A program made the translations under genes and the position numbers. From the human T2T-CHM13v2.0 reference genome, Homo sapiens, in assembly GCF_009914755.1 (NCBI RefSeq), contig NC_060935.1: DNA of 64,000 nt, one strand, 5' to 3'. Numbering within the stretch: position 1 is the stretch's first letter; the number at the start of each line of letters is the position of its first letter. The notes under the pieces were generated by a model. That model did no database searches, was not told the DNA's origin, and saw only the letters and a program-made list of their open reading frames with translations. Of the stretch, positions 1-19,115 are shown in pieces.

Positions 1-1261
1 ATTTGGGGGGCTGGGGGTCCCACTGCCCAGAGGCTTCTTCCTCCTGGAGGTTCCTCAACATCTTCTCCAGCTCCTCCAGGCGATGCCCTGCAGCTGGGTG
101 ACGGGTCACAACCCCCAGGAGAGGAGGCAGGCCTGAGTCCAGTGGTGGGTAGCGAGTCCCCTCCAACTTCATCTTCTTTATCAACTGCTTCAGATCCTCA
201 GCCACGATGAGCCCAGTCAGCTCTGGTTTGCTCTCTGTAGCCAAGACCAGCGGGGTTAAGGGGCGAGATGGGAGTGGAGGAAGGCCCAACTCATCTGCCA
301 GCCTCCAGCCCTCACGCAGGGAGGGCATGGATTGGCCTCTCCGGAGCTCAGGGCAGAAAGGCGAGGGGGAAGCCCTGCTGGTGGGGGCCACAGGATAGCT
401 GGGCAGCGACACCATCTGTGAGGAACTGATGTCGATTTCTCTCTTCTTTCCTATGGAGGGCAGCCAGTGGAAAGGCTTTTTCCTCTTCAACCGAGGGATG
501 GACTTCAATTCCTTCACTGGATCCATCCTTCCTGGCTCATTGAGAAACTCTGGTGGACGGCTGAGTTGGATGAGGTAGTTCAGGTTGAGGTTAGAGCACT
601 GCACTTGGGCGAAGCCAGTGCTGTGAGGCCAGGGGATAGGGCACAGCTTGAACGTCCCAGCGGGGCAGACAGGGTGCAGCTTGTCCACATCCCCAGAGGC
701 CTGCTCTGCCCTCAGCAGGGCCTGGAAGTCGGCAAGCAGGCCACGGTAGACGTTGGGACTAGTAAGGAAGAGTGTGCAGTCCCTGGCGAGGCTGGCGGCC
801 AACCGGGTGAGGGTGGCTGATTCAGTGAAGACCCCCCTGGGAGTCGACATGGTCACCAGCAGGTGCAGGTAGCGCAAGAAGAGCTGCTCGCTGCTCAGCA
901 GCACGTAGGCCTCGAGCCGCTTCCGCAGCTTCTGGTTGTTTTTGTGGCTCAGACTAAGTTCGGCGGGCGGCTCCCGCCAGCTGCACTTCAGCTCGTCCAG
1001 GATGACCTTGATGAGACGTAGTCGGGCCTCAGGAGGCACTCCCGCTGCTATCCCGCTGCCGGCCAGCAGCTTGGCCACCTGGCTGCACAGCGACGCCACC
1101 GTCAGCTTCGCCAGAGGGAAGGACTGCAGAATCCGGCCCTCCTGCGGGGGGCGCTTCTGAGGCTCTGGGGACGTCGTCCTAGTGGGGAAGAGCGACAGCG
1201 GACGCAGCAGCCGGTGGTAAAACCGCTGGAGCTCAGGCTCGGGCTTCGGGGGCTCCATCAT
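1..1261 (-). CDS. CCDC87: Coiled-coil domain-containing protein 87, N-terminal 420 codons (truncated by window edge; no intron in this part)
   Basis: ATG ATG at 1261/1258 (- strand) opens a frame MMEPPKPEPELQRFYHRLLRPLSLFP... that is still open at base 1 (...WDPQPPK). Missing from the ORF track because no stop lies in the window. Recognised from the protein sequence and its head-to-head position with CCS. Confidence 0.93.
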   Translation of the reverse strand, partial: MMEPPKPEPELQRFYHRLLRPLSLFPTRTTSPEPQKRPPQEGRILQSFPLAKLTVASLCSQVAKLLAGSGIAAGVPPEARLRLIKVILDELKCSWREPPAELSLSHKNNQKLRKRLEAYVLLSSEQLFLRYLHLLVTMSTPRGVFTESATLTRLAASLARDCTLFLTSPNVYRGLLADFQALLRAEQASGDVDKLHPVCPAGTFKLCPIPWPHSTGFAQVQCSNLNLNYLIQLSRPPEFLNEPGRMDPVKELKSIPRLKRKKPFHWLPSIGKKREIDISSSQMVSLPSYPVAPTSRASPSPFCPELRRGQSMPSLREGWRLADELGLPPLPSRPLTPLVLATESKPELTGLIVAEDLKQLIKKMKLEGTRYPPLDSGLPPLLGVVTRHPAAGHRLEELEKMLRNLQEEEASGQWDPQPPK

Positions 1262-1600
1262 AGAGCCGGCGGCCGCCACCGTCCAGGAACAGAAAGCCGA
1301 GGGGTTACTAAGGCAACCAGGAGCCCGACGGCCCGAGTGCGCCTGCGCGGCCGCCACCCGGTGGCTGACGAAGCAGGGCCTTGCGTGCGCACGCACTAGG
1401 AGGAGGAGTTAAGGGTGGCTTTAGAGGCTCAGTCCCCGCGACGCCGCGCTGGTTGGTGCTCCTGCGCCGGAGGAGTTCTGCGTCTCGGGGTGGTGACTGG
1501 GTCCAGAATGGCTTCGGATTCGGGGAACCAGGGGACCCTCTGCACGGTGAGGGTCGAGGCTTCGTGTGGAGCCTCGCCGGGCAGAGAGCCTCGGCCCCTG
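780..1600. promoter_or_regulatory. CpG island / bidirectional promoter shared by CCDC87 and CCS
   Basis: High GC and CpG density. Divergent start codons at 1261 (-) and 1508 (+) are only 246 nt apart. NRF1-like TGCGCCTGCGC at 1338-1348. Confidence 0.85.
1508..1546 (+). CDS. CCS: CCS exon 1 (MASDSGNQGTLCT)
   Basis: ATG at 1508 (agaATGG), 39 nt, donor GTGAGG at 1547. Exons 39+73+138+178+61+78+104+154 = 825 nt = 274 aa + stop. Confidence 0.96.
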
Positions 1601-1887
1601 GGATGATCGTTACCTTGGGAAGAGGAGAAGGAGTGGGCACTTGGGTTGGGGCCTGGGGCCATGGGATGAAACTAGGGTGCGAGGGTAGCAGGGGCCCTGC
1701 GTGAGTGTTGGGGGGTGACTCCCATGGTCCTGGAATGGTCATGAGAGATCATGAAGAAGGTGCTTGAAGAGGGGTTAAGTGGGGCTTGTTCCCAGACCCT
1801 TGCGGTGGTCATAGGGTAGGTGGTGAAACAAAGTCATACCAAGGCACTTCCCCAGCGATCATCGGTTGGTCCCTGCCGCCCTTGCAG

Positions 1888-1960
1888 TTGGAGTTCGCGG
1901 TGCAGATGACCTGTCAGAGCTGTGTGGACGCGGTGCGCAAATCCCTGCAAGGGGTGGCAG
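1888..1960 (+). CDS. CCS: CCS exon 2, Atx1/HMA-like domain with MTCQSC (MxCxxC) copper motif
   Basis: ttgcag acceptor, LEFAVQMTCQSCVDAVRKSLQGVA, donor GTAAGA at 1961. Confidence 0.97.
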
Positions 1961-2324
1961 GTAAGAACAGGGTAAACTTTTCTGCAGACAGTCCAGAAGC
2001 CTCTGGGAGGGACCAGGCGAATCTATTAGGCGAACCCTACTCCCATTTTACAGATGCAGAAAGTGAACCCCAGAGAGTGAAAGGCATGTTCTCAGAGTTA
2101 CACACAGACCTGGAGGCAGAGCCTAGAGTACAGCTGTCCAGCTTGCCCTGACAGATTCTAACTGCCTGTCTTGTTGTCCTGAACCTCAGGTGCCCCAGAG
2201 ACTGAGGAGCTAGGCTGAGGGAGTTCCTGGGAAAACAGGCAGTTTTTGCTTGGGAAACAACATAATCTTGACAAAGCAAACAGCAGCTCAGGCCCTATAC
2301 CATCCTGGGTAGCTTTCTATACCA

Positions 2325-3040
<716 letters not shown>

Positions 3041-3279
3041 CAAGTTCACCCAGTCATTCGGCAGGTATGGACCAGACACTGGGGCTTTTTAGGGAGAAGA
3101 GTTCACATGGGTATCAGGCACATCCCCTGCACTCAGGTGGAAATGAGCATGCAAGCGTTGCCTGGATGGCATTCGCAGAATGCTTCGTGGAAAGAGCAAT
3201 GGTGAGAGGGAATGAGATAAGATGGCTTCTGAAGCTGGGACCCTGGTAGTGGTGGACTCTGTAAAGTGATTAGGGGTAT

Positions 3280-3490
3280 GAGCTCTAGAGTTCAAACCCC
3301 CTCTTTGCCACTTAATGGCACTAAGACTTCATGCATGTTACTTTTTGTGTCTCTGTTTCTTCTGTGTTAAATGGGGGATGATAATAGAAGCTAATCTGGA
3401 GGATTGTCCTGAAGAGTAACCGAGTTAATACAAAAAAAGCATTTAGAAAAGTCTTTGGCATGTAATAACAGCCCAGTAAATCCTAGGGGA
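3280..3490 (+). mobile_element. MIR relic
   Basis: gagttcaaaccc...gccactta...ctgtttcttctg...aaatggggatgataata MIR core-like. Confidence 0.65.
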
Positions 3491-4329
3491 TTATGAGAAG
3501 AAGGGCTTACAGGTGGTGATCTGGATGGAAGGAGGCTGGAGGGGACAATGTTGAAGCTGGGTTTGCTTAGACTACGCGTTTTGGGTGGTGAATGGGCCCT
3601 CCACTTCCTGTACTACTTGCTTGCGAGGAGAGCAGACAGCTGGCCTTTCTCTTGGACCCGGAGCAGTTTTCAGCCCTCAGCATGTTTCTTAGGCAACAGA
3701 TAAAGACTTCTGGTGACTCTGTGTTTTCTGGTCCGGCTTGGCTTTCTCATGGGGCCAGGGAGGGAAGCTGTAGTTTTCTAGAATACACACACACAGAGAA
3801 AGAGAGTTGCCATCTCAGGAGGCCTGGGGGAAGGCCTTCTCAGGAGGTAAGCAGGAGGATCCCCCAGCCCAAGGCTCACCCCCTTGAATCTCTATCACTT
3901 GCCCTGGTGTTCTCTGTGGCCTTCTGTTTTCTCTCTCACTGGGCTCTGAGCCAACCAAGGGTGGGCCTGGCTACATTCCAGGGTCTACCAGTCTTAACTC
4001 AAGGAGCAAACTGAATGGCTGCTTGGCTAAGGTACCAGCCTCCCTCTTGGTTTAGACTCAGTCAATAATTCAGGAGGTACATAGTGACAAGGAACTTCCC
4101 ACTTCAGGAGCAGAGAATCAGCTCTTCTCTGGAGACCTGAGGGTCTGGGAACCCTCCTATGCTGAGGCCTGTCATCAGGACATCTTATCTGCTATGTGTC
4201 CAAAACATACTTAGGCCTCCACACTGCTCCAGGCCACCCCACCTCTCCCTAGCCTGTGTAAGAACCTCATCCTTTGATGGGTTCCCCATTGCTTCTGTTG
4301 CCCCCTCTAATAGCTTTTGCACATAAAAG

Positions 4330-4925
<596 letters not shown>

Positions 4926-5139
4926 GACAACTGACTTTTGAACTTGACCCTTGTGGACCTCACAGAGCTCCTGCCCTCACAGAGCTGGCGGCCTAGGAGT
5001 GAAACAGGATTGTAGTCAGTGCAATGTGAATTACAGGAGGGGGAGTGTGAGCTGCTACAGGACCACAAGGGGTGTGGTCCTAACCCAGCTTGGAGCCTAA
5101 GGGCTGCTTCCTAGGGTGAGTACAATATCTGGGTTAAGT

Positions 5140-5370
5140 GCTGGGGCTCTGGAGCTAGGCTGCATGGTCAGAGGTCCAGTTGCACAACTTACTACAGTGC
5201 GACTTTGAGCAAGTTTCTTCATCTTTCTGTGCCTCAGTTTTCTCATCTGTAAAATGGGGATCATTGTACCTAACTTAGAGGCTTAGTAGGAGTACCAAAT
5301 ATGTTAAGACAGGTAAAACACAGGATTCGCTCACCGTCCATGCCCAGTAAGTGTTAGCTCTACTAATGAT
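5140..5370 (+). mobile_element. MIR relic
   Basis: ctgtgcctcagttttctcatctgtaaaatgggga MIR core. Confidence 0.8.
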
Positions 5371-5422
5371 GGCAATAGTCCCTGCCTTTTATGTGTGTAA
5401 TAGCTTTATTAAGATATAATTC

Positions 5423-6783
<1,361 letters not shown>

Positions 6784-6799
6784 CTATCTCCTACAGGAA

Positions 6800-7050
6800 G
6801 AATATTTTCTGTTTGTGGATTTGCCTATTCTAGATATCTAATATACATGGCATTATATATGTGGCTTTGTGACTGGCTTTCTTGTAGCATAATGTTTCAA
6901 GGTCCGTCCATGTTGTAGCATGTATCAGCACTTCGTTCCTGAATAGTATTTCATTGTATGGATACCACATTTTATCTGTTCATTAGTTGATGGGCATTTG
7001 GGTTATTTTTATCTTTTGGCTATTGTGAATAATGCCACTATGGATAGCCC
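6800..7050 (-). mobile_element. Old L1 (L1M-type) 3' fragment; further pieces at about 5400-5422, 6180-6214, 6350-6460
   Basis: ccatgttgtagcatgtatcag...cattgtatggataccacatttt...gctattgtgaataatgc, typical antisense L1M 3' region. Confidence 0.8.
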
Positions 7051-7361
7051 ACTTAAAAAAAAAACAAAACACTGCTTTAAAAAGAATGATGTATGTTTCC
7101 AAAGTTATAAATAATGCCTGGCGTGTATTAGAACTCACAGAAATCCTGGGGGCAAGGTGGCATTATCCCCATTTATATGAAAAGAGACAGACTCAGAAGT
7201 GAAGAGGCTTACTCAGGGTTACACAGTTACGAAGTAGCTTGCCTCTGACCATGGGAAGTTTGGTGGAAATGGGGATGGAGAATTGCTGTCTGTTTTTCTG
7301 TTCCCTGCTGCCAGCACTGGGTGCCAGCCTCTGTTGCCCTCTTCCCTCTCTTTCTTGCCAG

Positions 7362-7499
7362 GTGTCCAGGATGTGGAGGTGCACTTGGAGGACCAGATGG
7401 TCTTGGTACACACCACTCTACCCAGCCAGGAGGTGCAGGCTCTCCTGGAAGGCACGGGGCGGCAGGCGGTACTCAAGGGCATGGGCAGCGGCCAGTTGC
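7362..7499 (+). CDS. CCS: CCS exon 3 (rest of HMA domain)
   Basis: Polypyrimidine tract + ccag, GVQDVEVHLEDQMVLVHTTLPSQEVQALLEGTGRQAVLKGMGSGQL, donor GTGAGT at 7500. Confidence 0.97.
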
Positions 7500-7704
7500 G
7501 TGAGTGACCACTGTGGCCTTGGCCCCTCTCGGAGGGAGGTGGCTCAGAGCTGGTACAAATCTAATCATAGGATTCTCAGGCTCTGGGTTGGAGTGGCTTT
7601 GAGGAAGGTGTGAAAATTATGTGAGACTCCCTGCCCTTCCCGAGCTGCTGAAGAGGTGTGCTGGGTGAGGTGGCAAGCCAGCCCAAGTGTCTAATACCTT
7701 GCAG

Positions 7705-7882
7705 AGAATCTGGGGGCAGCAGTGGCCATCCTGGGGGGGCCTGGCACCGTGCAGGGGGTGGTGCGCTTCCTACAGCTGACCCCTGAGCGCTGCCTCATCG
7801 AGGGAACTATTGACGGCCTGGAGCCTGGGCTGCATGGACTCCACGTCCATCAGTACGGGGACCTTACAAACAACTGCAACAG
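7705..7882 (+). CDS. CCS: CCS exon 4 (SOD1-like domain II)
   Basis: ttgcag acceptor, NLGAAVAILGGPGTVQGVVRFLQLTPERCLIEGTIDGLEPGLHGLHVHQYGDLTNNCN, donor GTGAGT at 7883. Confidence 0.97.
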
Positions 7883-7974
7883 GTGAGTTGTCTGAAGTCT
7901 CCCCAGTAGCATTCTCAGCTACACATTTTCACACTGGGCCCTCACCAATACTCTGTGAGGCACATACACACAGG

Positions 7975-8392
7975 CACAACCTCCAGATGAGGAAACTGAG
8001 GCTCACAGAGGTTAAATGACTTGCCAAAGGTCCACAGCAGGTAAAAGGTAGAGTTGGGGTTTGAGTCAAGATCTGACCTTGGCTGGGCACAGTAGCTCAC
8101 ACCTGTAATCTAGCACTTTGGGAGGCTGAGGTGGGCGGATCACCTGAGGTCAGGAGTTCAAGACCAGCCTGGCCAACATGGTGAAACCCCATCTCTACTA
8201 ACAATACAAAAAAAAATTAGCCAGGTGCAGTGGCATGTGCCCATAATCCCAGCTACTAGGGAGGCCCGTAATCTCCTGAGGCAGGAGAATCACTTGAACT
8301 CAGGAGGTGGAGGTTGTGGTGAGCTGAGATTGCACCACGGCACTCCAGCTCAGGGGTGACAGGGCAAAACTCTGTCTCAAGAAAAAAAATAA
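7975..8392. mobile_element. MIR (-) followed by a sense Alu (about 8081-8392)
   Basis: cagatgaggaaactgaggctcacagaggttaaatgacttgcc, then Alu consensus. Confidence 0.85.
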
Positions 8393-8626
8393 AATCTGAT
8401 CTTGAAGGTCCTGCTTATAACCACCTTACTGCCTCTGAGATGGAAGGGGACTTCTGGACACAGCAAAGGAAGGGTCCCCATGCCATGGTGTTTGTCATGC
8501 TGTGATATAACTAGTTGTTTACTCATCTGTGAGTCCCCTGAGCCAGAAGCTTATTCAGGACAGGACCCATGTCTGATTCTTCTCGGTGCCCTCTACCCAA
8601 AGCCCAGCACAGAGTAGGCCTGTTTG

Positions 8627-8655
8627 TTGAATGAATGAATGAATGAATGAATGAA
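8627..8655 (+). repeat. (TGAA)n microsatellite, probable L2 tail
   Basis: About 7 TGAA units preceded by cccagcacagagtagg...tgtttgt. Confidence 0.8.
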
Positions 8656-8734
8656 GCAAATATAAATAGATGAGAGGGTAGAGCACCTGGCCTGTGAGCT
8701 GCTTTCCTGCCCACCTGTTTCCTTTCTTTCTTAG

Positions 8735-8795
8735 CTGTGGGAATCACTTTAACCCTGATGGAGCATCTCATGGGGGCCCCCAGGACTCTGACCGG
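8735..8795 (+). CDS. CCS: CCS exon 5
   Basis: ttcttag acceptor, CGNHFNPDGASHGGPQDSDR (SOD zinc-loop homologue), donor GTAAGT. Confidence 0.97.
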
Positions 8796-9344
8796 GTAAG
8801 TGTCTGTCTGGGTTTGGGCTTGGGCTGAGAGAGGACCCAAAGTCTCAGAGGCAGGGCAGGCAGCTCTTGGGATCATAACAGTGTGATTCCTTTTTGGTGG
8901 AGTCTTTTCCTCTCATTTTATTTTGCTGAGTTTGGAAACATTTGTTGACACTTTCTGTGATCAAGGCCCAGGGGATACAATAGATTACAGCCCCAGTGCC
9001 TGACCCAAGGAGCACACAGTCTCTGGGGGAGATTACTGAATTCCATGGTTTCCAGGCAGTGAGATCATCCTTGCAGGAGCCTGCAAGAGGTCCTGGAGCC
9101 CACAGTGAATAGTTCATCTGCCTGAGGGGCAGGGGCAGTGGGAGGAAGTGAAATATGGAAGTTGAGGGTTTTACCTAAACTGAAAAGGCTGTCCCTGGTG
9201 TTCCCTAACACCCCGGTCCTGGAGTTTCATTTTTCAGCAGAGAATCATTTCCCAATCTTCAGGGAATTGTGTGTTGCCTTAATGATTTTTGCCTTATCTG
9301 AGTACTAGTTGTATTTTTAGTTACTCAATCATTTGGTTTTTTTA

Positions 9345-10840
<1,496 letters not shown>

Positions 10841-11538
10841 AAGATGATGGGCAGGAAGTAGGCATTGAAGAGGGTAAGAGTGGGATTGGCAAGCCCAGCA
10901 AAAGAAACTGCCCGGGCAAAGCCCTCAAGGCATGGAATGGCAGGGAGTGTTTCTGAAGGGCAGGAGCCTGTCTTGTGACCTGTGTTTTCTTCCTGGGCCC
11001 CAGGTGGGGCAGGGAATCAGAAGGGGCTGGCATCAGCAGCTGTACCTCACCCAATCCCTTAACTTAGACAAGGAAGAACTGAGCAGGAGCTGACCAGCCA
11101 AGGCCACGGTGACTGGCAAGTTGCTGTTGGGTTTTAGCATCTGCTTTTCCCAGGTGGAAAAGAATTCCATGTGGGAATTTGCATTCAAGCCTGGTTGTCC
11201 CTTGCACATCTCCTAACTGATCTCTAAGCTCCCTTCTGTTCTCTCCTCACCCTGCTCCAGTCTTTACTTTTCATAGACTGCACTAGAAGGATTGTTCTGA
11301 AGCCTGGAGTAACCAGGCCATGCCCCTGCCTGAAACTTGTCTTGGCTCCCAGTGCCTGAGAGTACAAGCTGGGCCTAGCTTCTTGATGTGGACATTCAAT
11401 ACCCCACTCCCCCTGCCTATTGCCCCTGCCTGTGTGCTGAGGAAACAGCCTGGAAAGGCTGCCTTTCCCTGAACTCCTGCTGGGTCATGCCTCCAGCCAC
11501 ACTGTCCAGGCTGCCCCCTGCCTTGAGGCCGCTCCTCC

Positions 11539-12552
<1,014 letters not shown>

Positions 12553-13584
12553 TCAAATCTCCAACGCAGGGCGTAAAAAAAAGTACCAGGTGCAGGCAGC
12601 AGATATCCCTCTGGAAAACGAGATAAAGCAGAACTGCCACTTCTTCCTGCCCATCAGTTGGTGGCACAGTGAGATGCCTGGTTACTCAGCAGCAAGGTCA
12701 TGGGAGCCCACCTGTACTGGCACAGGCACTTGTTTCTGCCCAAAATGTCAGGTTGGGGACAATTTATTTGCACAGATGTGGGTTTCTGTGGCTCACTAGT
12801 AAGGCCTTGTCACCCCAAAACACACCAACTGTTGTATTCACCCTGTGTGTCATCACCCCTAGTCTGTTCTGTATCTGGGCCCCCACCATGTTCTGAGTCC
12901 CTTGAGGATGGTGACCTGCATACTCCCTGCCATGTTGGGTAGTGTGTCTGACCTAGGAGGTGCTCATAGGTGTGTTATGACAATTTTTATTACCGTCAAA
13001 GGAGAAGGAGGGCAGAGCCAGCTTCGAGGGGCTAGGACAGGCCCTTTGCCCCTTGCATTTCCTTCTGTTCCTGGAATCTGGGAGTCAGGGAAATGACACT
13101 GGCTGCCTATGATGGTCAGGGAAGCCAAGCTTGGCCAACTTAAGCCTATAGGAATTGAAGACAGCCAAGGGCTCACAGAGCCATCAGGAGGCTGCACAAC
13201 TGAGCTAACTGGAGGCTGAGAAGCAGAGCTGGGCAATTGCCTCGCCGGAAAAACAGTCTGATCCAATGGGAATGACTGCACAGGCAGGGGAAACTTCCAC
13301 TGGCTCTTTTCAGCCCACTGTCATCCTGCCCAGGATTTCAGTTCCAGGGAGGGAGTGTTCAGATGGTCCGGGACTTCCTGGACCACTTTCCACTTCCAGA
13401 CAGGGCCAAGAGGACCTTGCCTGCCCAGTCCTTGGGGAGCTCAGATCCTACGAGACTGGTACCCACAGGAGGAAATGGGTACTTTAGGGAAGCAGGAAGA
13501 GGCGTCGGAATCAGGAAATCAGAAGATAGCAGCTTGGCACCACGTGGCACACATCCCCTATACACACACTGGATCTCATTCCAG

Positions 13585-13662
13585 CACCGCGGAGACCTGG
13601 GCAATGTCCGTGCTGATGCTGACGGCCGCGCCATCTTCAGAATGGAGGATGAGCAGCTGAAG
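13585..13662 (+). CDS. CCS: CCS exon 6
   Basis: ttccag acceptor, HRGDLGNVRADADGRAIFRMEDEQLK, donor GTAAGG. Confidence 0.97.
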
Positions 13663-13734
13663 GTAAGGTGGAAAAGAAGGTGGGCACCCTTCCTAACAGG
13701 GTCCATCATCTGAAGCTGTCGTCTCCCCTCAAAG

Positions 13735-13838
13735 GTGTGGGATGTGATTGGCCGCAGCCTGATTATTGATGAGGGAGAAGATGACCTGGGCCGGGGAGGC
13801 CATCCCTTATCCAAGATCACAGGGAACTCCGGGGAGAG
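13735..13838 (+). CDS. CCS: CCS exon 7
   Basis: caaag acceptor after a 72-nt intron, [34 protein letters not shown], donor GTGAGT. Confidence 0.97.
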
Positions 13839-13947
13839 GTGAGTGGTGTCGGCCCCTGTAGGAGGCTGTGCTCTGCGGATGGTGCATGAGGAACCCAGGG
13901 GTGGGGGCCAAACAGGTACCCACCCCTGACCACACATTCTTCTGCAG

Positions 13948-14101
13948 GTTGGCCTGTGGCATCATTGCACGCTCCGCTGGCCTTTTCCAGAACCCCAAGC
14001 AGATCTGCTCTTGCGATGGCCTCACCATCTGGGAGGAGCGAGGCCGGCCCATCGCTGGCAAGGGCCGAAAGGAGTCAGCGCAGCCCCCTGCCCACCTTTG
14101 A
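13948..14101 (+). CDS. CCS: CCS exon 8, domain III with CSC (CxC) motif, ends AHL-stop
   Basis: ctgcag acceptor, LACGIIARSAGLFQNPKQICSCDGLTIWEERGRPIAGKGRKESAQPPAHL, TGA at 14099-14101. Confidence 0.97.
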
Positions 14102-14239
14102 GCAGGACCTCACCTTGGCTCTGTTGCTGTCCTCCAGGGCGAGCACTTTCCACTTCCAGAGGGGGCCAGAGGGACTTTGCCTGCCCAGTCTTTGGAGAGC
14201 TCAGTACAGGGCAGGAGCTGCTGTGGTGTTCCCTTGGCA

Positions 14240-14245
14240 AATGAA
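14240..14245 (+). terminator. Probable variant polyadenylation signal (AATGAA) of CCS
   Basis: No AATAAA/ATTAAA seen just downstream of the stop. AATGAA is followed by U-rich and GU-rich sequence (ttttattttc...ggtgttttgtg). Confidence 0.55.
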
Positions 14246-14830
14246 AGTTTTATTTTCGTTTGGGACTTGGTGTTTTGTGCTTGTCTCCATGCCCCTTATG
14301 GGCTTGGTGAACATAGCTCTGCTTCTTTCCTTTGTATCAGGGCCACCCCTTAGCATTGGAGCCAAACAAACCTGAATTCAAACCTACACACACACTGAAG
14401 TCCCCATCTTCCTCCTTGGAGCCATAATGAAGAGCCACTACAGTCAAATTTCTGTTTGTGGCCTCCCCCAACCCCTCACTATGGCTGATTGGAACCAAAA
14501 TGGACACCTGACCCATGGTGGCCCATGCTTTCCCTGAGAAATCAGGGCAGATCCAGCTTTAGTTTTTTCCTGTGGTTGGACCCATAACATGGGAATATGG
14601 GAAGTTTTGGTGGCCCTCTTCTCCCTGCCTTATTGACTGAGCATCAGAAAAAGCCAGTCGGCTAAGGAGGAAAAATGAGGCAGGGAGAATCTAAGAGTTG
14701 CTGGAGAATCCCAGTCACTCTGGAGTCCCCTCTCTGAGCCTTTCGTGAGGCCAGCTGCCTCCTGCCTGGGATTGAAGAGATGCTCCCGAATCCTCCTAAT
14801 GCATCCCCCTGTTAAAATAATCTGGCTTGA

Positions 14831-17920
<3,090 letters not shown>

Positions 17921-18399
17921 ATACCTCCATATTTTTAAATAACATGACTGTGTCATTGTTTCTTATTTTCAGTCTTGATATTGTCTGTGGAATTCTATAT
18001 TAGGATGAATTCTGCAGTAAGTAATACAGTCCTAATAGTGGCCAAAGCAATTAAGACATTTAATTATGTCACCAGATCAACAGTCTGGATATTTGAGGAT
18101 TCAGAGCAGGTCCAGTGGTGTGGCAACGTCAGGATACTGTCATCATGAACTGTGTGTTTCTCTTCATGTCCCCTCCTCCCCTTTTGGTGGCAAGGGTGAT
18201 TACCACAGCACCAAGCCTCCCATTGTCACACATTCACATGATAGGGTGGAAAGCTGGAAGGAAGGAGACCAAAAAGGGAAAAGCTCCTTTCTAGCAGAGA
18301 AGAACACCTATGCAATGGAATAATGAAAGTTAGCTGTGAAAACGTCTTTATCTGTGTTGTTACTAACTCATATCAGTTTCCTGTAATCAGTTTCCTTTG

Positions 18400-18896
18400 T
18401 AACAGTGGCAGCTGTAACAAAGTACCACAAACTGTGGCTTAAAACAACAAAAATTTATTCTCACAGTTCTGGAGGCCAGAAGTACAAACTTAGTATCACT
18501 GGGCTGAAATCAAGGTGTGGACAAGAGCTTGCTTCCTCCAGAAACTATAGGGAAACATCCCTTCCTGGCCTCTTCCAGCTTTGTGTGGCCGCTGGCATTC
18601 CTTGGCTTGTGGCCGAATCTCACTCCAATCTTCAAGGCCAGCACCATCCACTCAGTCTGCTCTGTCTTCCCATGGCCTTTTCCTCCATGTATTTGTGTCA
18701 AATCTCCTTCTGCCTCCCTCTTACAAGGATGCATGTGATTGCATTTAACACCACCAGAGTAATCCAGGATAATCTCTTCTTAGCAAGGGCCATTGATTTA
18801 ATCACATCTTCAGAGACTTTGCCACATAAAGTAACATTCAGAAGTTCCAGGGATTAGGACCTAATATCTTTGGAGGCCATTAATAAACCTGCTACA
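18400..18896. mobile_element. MaLR solo LTR (MLT1C/D-like)
   Basis: gctgtaacaaagtaccacaaactg...ggcttaaaacaacaaaaatttattctcacagttctggaggccagaag...ccagggattaggac. Confidence 0.85.
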
Positions 18897-19115
18897 GTGA
18901 CCTAGTAAACCACAGGTAAATTGATACAATTAACTTAGGAAAAGGTCTCATAAGTAAATTTGACGGTACTCTAGTTTCCATGACAGAATTTCTCTCTAGC
19001 CTTTCTCTCCATTCGTTGTAAAGAGATAAGGACTTTACTTGTCAGATTGCTTTATTACAGAGATTGTTTTTACCCAAAACTAAGTTTACCTAAGTTTACA
19101 AAATTTGATTTAGAT

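Noticed and set aside
207-1399. Plus-strand ORFs over the first 1.4 kb
   Set aside because: Antisense shadows of the GC-rich CCDC87 coding sequence and promoter.
18405-18857. 150-aa ORF
   Set aside because: Lies entirely within an MLT1 LTR relic and starts at GTG.
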